Assembly: GCA_003281725.1 (NCBI GenBank)
Contig: QCBC01000005.1
Span: forward strand, 5,140 to 69,139
Reading direction: 5' to 3'
DNA from: Pelagibacteraceae bacterium AG-345-O09
GTDB lineage: Bacteria > Pseudomonadota > Alphaproteobacteria > Pelagibacterales > Pelagibacteraceae
Length of the DNA: 64,000 bases
This document shows positions 59,989 to 64,000 of the stretch, in pieces (within the stretch, counting starts at the first letter, position 1; each line of letters begins with the position of its first letter). The notes under the pieces are model-generated. The model saw only the letters and a list, made by a program, of their open reading frames with translations. It searched no databases and had not been told where the DNA came from. The position numbers were made by a program, and so were the translations under genes.

Positions 59989-62390
59989 AAATTACATTTG
60001 ATTGGCTTCAAGATCATTTAAAGACTAATTTTAAAGAAAAACATCTTTTAGAGCAACTTACTAATATAGGATTAGAAGTGGAAAGTGTTGGTAGTCTATC
60101 TGCTGATAATGAAACATTTAAAATAGCAAAAATTATTAAAACTGAAAAACACCCAAATGCAGATCGACTTAAAATTTGCGATGTTGACGTTGGAGAAAAA
60201 GAATTTAAAAAGGTTGTTTGTGGAGCAGCTAATGCTAGAGAAGGACTAATTACTATTTATGCACCTCCAGGTTCAACTATTCCTAAAACTAAAACAAAAC
60301 TAGTAGTAGCTAAAATTAGAGGTGTCACTTCTTATGGAATGCTTTGTTCAGAATCTGAATTAAATTTGTCTGATGAAAGTGATGGGATAACTGAATTATC
60401 GAATAAATTTAAAAAAAGTATTGGTAAAAATTTTTTTTCAAAATCAAAATCAAATCTTATTGATTTGTCAATAACACCCAACAGACCAGACTGTCTTGGT
60501 TTTAGAGGAATAGCTAGAGATCTTGCTGCATCAGGTTTTGGAAAATTATTAGAATTAAAAGAAAAAAAAATTAAATCATCAACAAAACAAACTTTAAAAG
60601 TTAAAATTAATAAAGAAAAAAACCAAGGATGTACTGCTTTTGGAAGCTGTTTAATTACCAATGTAAAAAATACAGAAAGTCCCCAATGGCTTAAAAATAA
60701 ATTAATTTCAGTTGGTCAAAAACCAATATCAGCGATAGTTGATATTACTAATTATGTCATGCTTGATATAAATCGTCCATTACATGCATATGATGCTGAT
60801 AGGATTGAAAAAGGTATAATTGTTCGTAATTCAAATTCTGGAGAAAAATTCTCTGCCCTAGACAATAAAGAGTATAAATTGGAGAAGGATATGTGTGTTA
60901 TAAGTGATCAAAAAGGAGTTTTAGGGTTAGGTGGAATTATTGGAGGAACTAGATCAGCAACTGAATTAGATACTAAAAATATATTATTAGAGTCAGCTTA
61001 TTTTAAACCAAGATCAATAAGAAATACATCAAAAAAATTAAATCTTGATACTGATGCAAAGTTCAGATTTGAAAGAGGTATTGATCCATCATCCATTGAA
61101 GTAGGCTTAAATAAAGCAGGTTTATTAATTCAAGAAATTTGTGGTGGTGAAATAAGCAAAATAGATATCCAAAAAATTGAAACTCATAAAGTTCAAATTG
61201 TTAAATTTGATACCAATTTATTTGAAAAAATATCTGGTTTTAAGATTTCTGCCAAAGAAATGATAAAAATTTTAGGAGATCTTGGTTTTAAGTGCAAAAA
61301 AGAAAAAAAATATTTGAGGTTAACAGTTCCATCATGGAGACCTGATATATCGCAAGAAATAGATATTGTTGAAGAATTAGTAAGGATAAGTGGTTTTGAT
61401 AAAATAAAAATTATAGCACCAATTAAAGAAAGAACTAAATCTACTCTAACTCAAACGCAAAAATTGTTTCATTTTTTACAAAGAGCTATTGCCTCAAAAG
61501 GTTATTTAGAGGCTATAACGTGGTCTTTTACAAACCCAAATTATAATGATTATTTCAAAGAAACAAATAAAGAAATTAAGATTATAAACCCTATTAGTTC
61601 TGAATTAGGAGTTTTGAGAAACTCAATATTTTCGAATCTAATTATGTATATAAGTAAAAATCTAGATAGAGGTTTTAAAGATTTATCAATATTTGAAATA
61701 GGTCCTGTTTTTTTTGGTTCTAGCCCAGGTGAACAAACAACAGTTGTATGTGGTTTATCGGCAGGTAAAAAATCTAGACTATCTTGGATTGATAAAGAAA
61801 GAAATATAGATGTATTTGATGTTAAAAGAGATGTAGTACAAACTCTAATCGAAGCAGGTTATAATTCTGACAAATTTTTTATAGATGACAAAACACCGAA
61901 TTATTATCACCCAGGTAAGTCAGGTAGAATTTTCCTAAATAAAGACAACGATCAAGTAGCGGCATATTTTGGTGAGATTCATCCAAATATTTTAAAAAAG
62001 ATAGATATAAAAACAGATACTTTAATAGGTTTTGAAATTTTTTTTGAAAATTTAAAGTTTTCTAAAAAAACGTTGAACGATCAGAAGTCAAAATTTACTA
62101 CCTCAGATTTTCAAAAATCAGAGAGAGACTTTGCATTTTTAGTTAATAAAGATGTAAAAGCCCAAGATTTGATAAATGCCATTTCTAGCGTCGATCAAAA
62201 ATTAGTTAGTAATATAAAAGTCTTTGATGTCTATGAAGGTGAAAATATTCCTGATAATCAAAAATCGATAGCAATTAACTTAACAATACAGTCATCAGAA
62301 AAAACATTGGAAGATAGTGATTTAGAAAAAATAAATAAATTAATTATAGAAACAGTAGTAAATAAAACTGGTGCTAAAATTCGATCCTAA
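59985..62390 (+). CDS. pheT: Phenylalanyl-tRNA synthetase beta subunit
   Basis: [38 protein letters not shown]-terminal domain. Confidence 0.98.
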   Translation: MKITFDWLQDHLKTNFKEKHLLEQLTNIGLEVESVGSLSADNETFKIAKIIKTEKHPNADRLKICDVDVGEKEFKKVVCGAANAREGLITIYAPPGSTIPKTKTKLVVAKIRGVTSYGMLCSESELNLSDESDGITELSNKFKKSIGKNFFSKSKSNLIDLSITPNRPDCLGFRGIARDLAASGFGKLLELKEKKIKSSTKQTLKVKINKEKNQGCTAFGSCLITNVKNTESPQWLKNKLISVGQKPISAIVDITNYVMLDINRPLHAYDADRIEKGIIVRNSNSGEKFSALDNKEYKLEKDMCVISDQKGVLGLGGIIGGTRSATELDTKNILLESAYFKPRSIRNTSKKLNLDTDAKFRFERGIDPSSIEVGLNKAGLLIQEICGGEISKIDIQKIETHKVQIVKFDTNLFEKISGFKISAKEMIKILGDLGFKCKKEKKYLRLTVPSWRPDISQEIDIVEELVRISGFDKIKIIAPIKERTKSTLTQTQKLFHFLQRAIASKGYLEAITWSFTNPNYNDYFKETNKEIKIINPISSELGVLRNSIFSNLIMYISKNLDRGFKDLSIFEIGPVFFGSSPGEQTTVVCGLSAGKKSRLSWIDKERNIDVFDVKRDVVQTLIEAGYNSDKFFIDDKTPNYYHPGKSGRIFLNKDNDQVAAYFGEIHPNILKKIDIKTDTLIGFEIFFENLKFSKKTLNDQKSKFTTSDFQKSERDFAFLVNKDVKAQDLINAISSVDQKLVSNIKVFDVYEGENIPDNQKSIAINLTIQSSEKTLEDSDLEKINKLIIETVVNKTGAKIRS

Positions 62391-62398
62391 AAATTAAA

Positions 62399-64000
62399 AT
62401 GAGCACTATTGATAACATAAGAAACTTTGCAATTATTGCCCATATAGATCATGGTAAATCTACAATAGCTGATAGAATAATTCACAAGTGTGGAGGATTA
62501 ACTGAGAGAGAAATGAAAGCTCAAGTTCTTGACTCAATGGATATTGAGAGAGAAAGAGGGATAACTATTAAAGCACAAACAGTTAAATTAAATTACAAGG
62601 CAAAAAGTGGGAAAGAATATATTTTAAATATAATAGACACACCTGGACATGTTGATTTTAGCTATGAGGTTAGTAGATCTCTTTATGCCTGTGAAGGCTC
62701 TATATTAATTGTAGATAGTACTCAAGGTGTTGAAGCTCAGACATTAGCCAATGTATACCAAGCTCTAGATATAAATCATGAAATAATTCCTGTTTTAAAT
62801 AAAATTGATTTACCAGCTTCAGACTTGGATAGAACAAAAAAACAAATCGAAGATGTAATAGGGATTGATACAGAAAATGCAGTTCCTTGTTCTGGAAAAA
62901 CTGGAGAAGGTATAGATGAGATTTTAGAACAAATTATTAGTCAACTTCCAGGACCTAAAGGTGAGTCTAGTAAGGATTTAAAATGTTTACTAGTTGATAG
63001 TTGGTATGACACTTACCTTGGTGTCGTTATCTTAGTTAGAATCATAAATGGTAAACTTACTAAAAATATGAAAATTAAAATGCTTTCAACAAATCAAGAT
63101 TATGTTGTTGAAAAAGTAGGTGTTTTTACTCCAAAAGCAAAGGACATAAATGAATTAAATACTGGTGAAATAGGTTTTATAACAACAGGAATTAAAGTTT
63201 TATCTGAAACAAAAGTTGGTGATACAATTTGTGATGCCTCAAAACCATTATTAGACCCATTGCCAGGTTTTAAACCGAGTAAACCCGTAGTTTTTTGTGG
63301 TTTATTTCCAGTTGACAGTTCAGAATATCAAAAATTAAAAGATGGTTTAGCTAAACTGCAATTAAACGATGCGAGTTTTTCATTTGACCCTGAATCATCT
63401 TCCGCTTTAGGTCTAGGATTTAGGTGTGGTTTTTTAGGATTATTACATCTTGAAATTATTACAGAGAGATTGGAAAGAGAATTTGATGTAAATTTATTAA
63501 CAACAACACCTGGGGTAGTTTATAAAGTTAATTTGAACAGTGATAAAACTATAGACCTTCAAAATCCTACAACTCTTCCAGATCTAACATTAATCAAATC
63601 AATTGAAGAGCCCTGGATTAAGGCAACAATTATTACTCCAGATCAGTATTTGGGTTCGATAATTAAACTTTGTCAGGATAAAAGAGGTATTCAGATAAAC
63701 TTATCATACTCTGGTAATAGAGCGGTGTTAAATTATGAACTTCCTTTAAATGAAGTTGTTTTTGATTTTAATGACAGAATTAAATCAATGACAAGTGGAT
63801 ATGCAAGTTTTGATTACGAAATTTTAGAACATAGAGAAGGTGATTTAGTAAAACTAACAATTTTAGTTAATAGTGAACCAGTAGACGCACTTGCAATGAT
63901 GATTCATCAAGATTTTGCCCAAAAAACAGGTAGAGAGGTGTGCGAAAAATTGAAAGATTTGATTCCAAGACATAATTTTATGATACCTCTGCAAGCCGCC
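62399..64000 (+). CDS. lepA: Elongation factor 4 (LepA), 3'-truncated by window edge
   Basis: [56 protein letters not shown]; no stop before the window end, so absent from the ORF track. Confidence 0.97.
   Translation, partial: MSTIDNIRNFAIIAHIDHGKSTIADRIIHKCGGLTEREMKAQVLDSMDIERERGITIKAQTVKLNYKAKSGKEYILNIIDTPGHVDFSYEVSRSLYACEGSILIVDSTQGVEAQTLANVYQALDINHEIIPVLNKIDLPASDLDRTKKQIEDVIGIDTENAVPCSGKTGEGIDEILEQIISQLPGPKGESSKDLKCLLVDSWYDTYLGVVILVRIINGKLTKNMKIKMLSTNQDYVVEKVGVFTPKAKDINELNTGEIGFITTGIKVLSETKVGDTICDASKPLLDPLPGFKPSKPVVFCGLFPVDSSEYQKLKDGLAKLQLNDASFSFDPESSSALGLGFRCGFLGLLHLEIITERLEREFDVNLLTTTPGVVYKVNLNSDKTIDLQNPTTLPDLTLIKSIEEPWIKATIITPDQYLGSIIKLCQDKRGIQINLSYSGNRAVLNYELPLNEVVFDFNDRIKSMTSGYASFDYEILEHREGDLVKLTILVNSEPVDALAMMIHQDFAQKTGREVCEKLKDLIPRHNFMIPLQAA

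Noticed and set aside
296-60661. Numerous 60-160 aa antisense or out-of-frame ORFs in the track (e.g. 3387-3860, 15315-15695, 41235-41684, 60332-60661)
   Set aside because: Shadows of well-supported genes, with no recognisable motifs

Overview
AT-rich, extremely gene-dense window from a streamlined alphaproteobacterium, most likely SAR11/Pelagibacter (inferred from gene order, protein sequences and tiny or overlapping intergenic spacers). It is mostly core genome: phoH-ybeY-lnt-metK, nusA-infB-rbfA-rpsO-pnp, fabA-fabB-fabI, irr-katG, ubiE-ubiB-coaBC-dut-moeB, mutM, rpsT, dnaA-dnaN, argH-lptM-lysA, helicase-terB-fdxA-carD, thiolase, aceE-aceF, gltD-gltB, thrS-infC-rpmI-rplT-pheS-pheT-lepA, plus tRNA-Leu(CAA) and tRNA-Arg(ACG). 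I saw no mobile element, prophage, CRISPR array or rRNA. The most interesting signals are mostly below the ORF-track size cut-off. (1) A self-contained transcription unit for a 25-aa Lys/Arg/Ala protamine-like peptide converges on a CarD that has a Lys-rich extension. (2) A 59-aa, 8-Cys mini-protein sits behind tandem Fur-like boxes at the end of an irr-katG-hydroxylase-DUF2061 metal/peroxide cluster that carries Irr (ICE) operators. (3) In pyruvate dehydrogenase the lipoyl domain is on E1 and absent from E2. Three genes (mutM, plsC, fadD) each carry one extra base at a homopolymer run, probably a sequencing artefact. All calls were made by eye, with no database searches.
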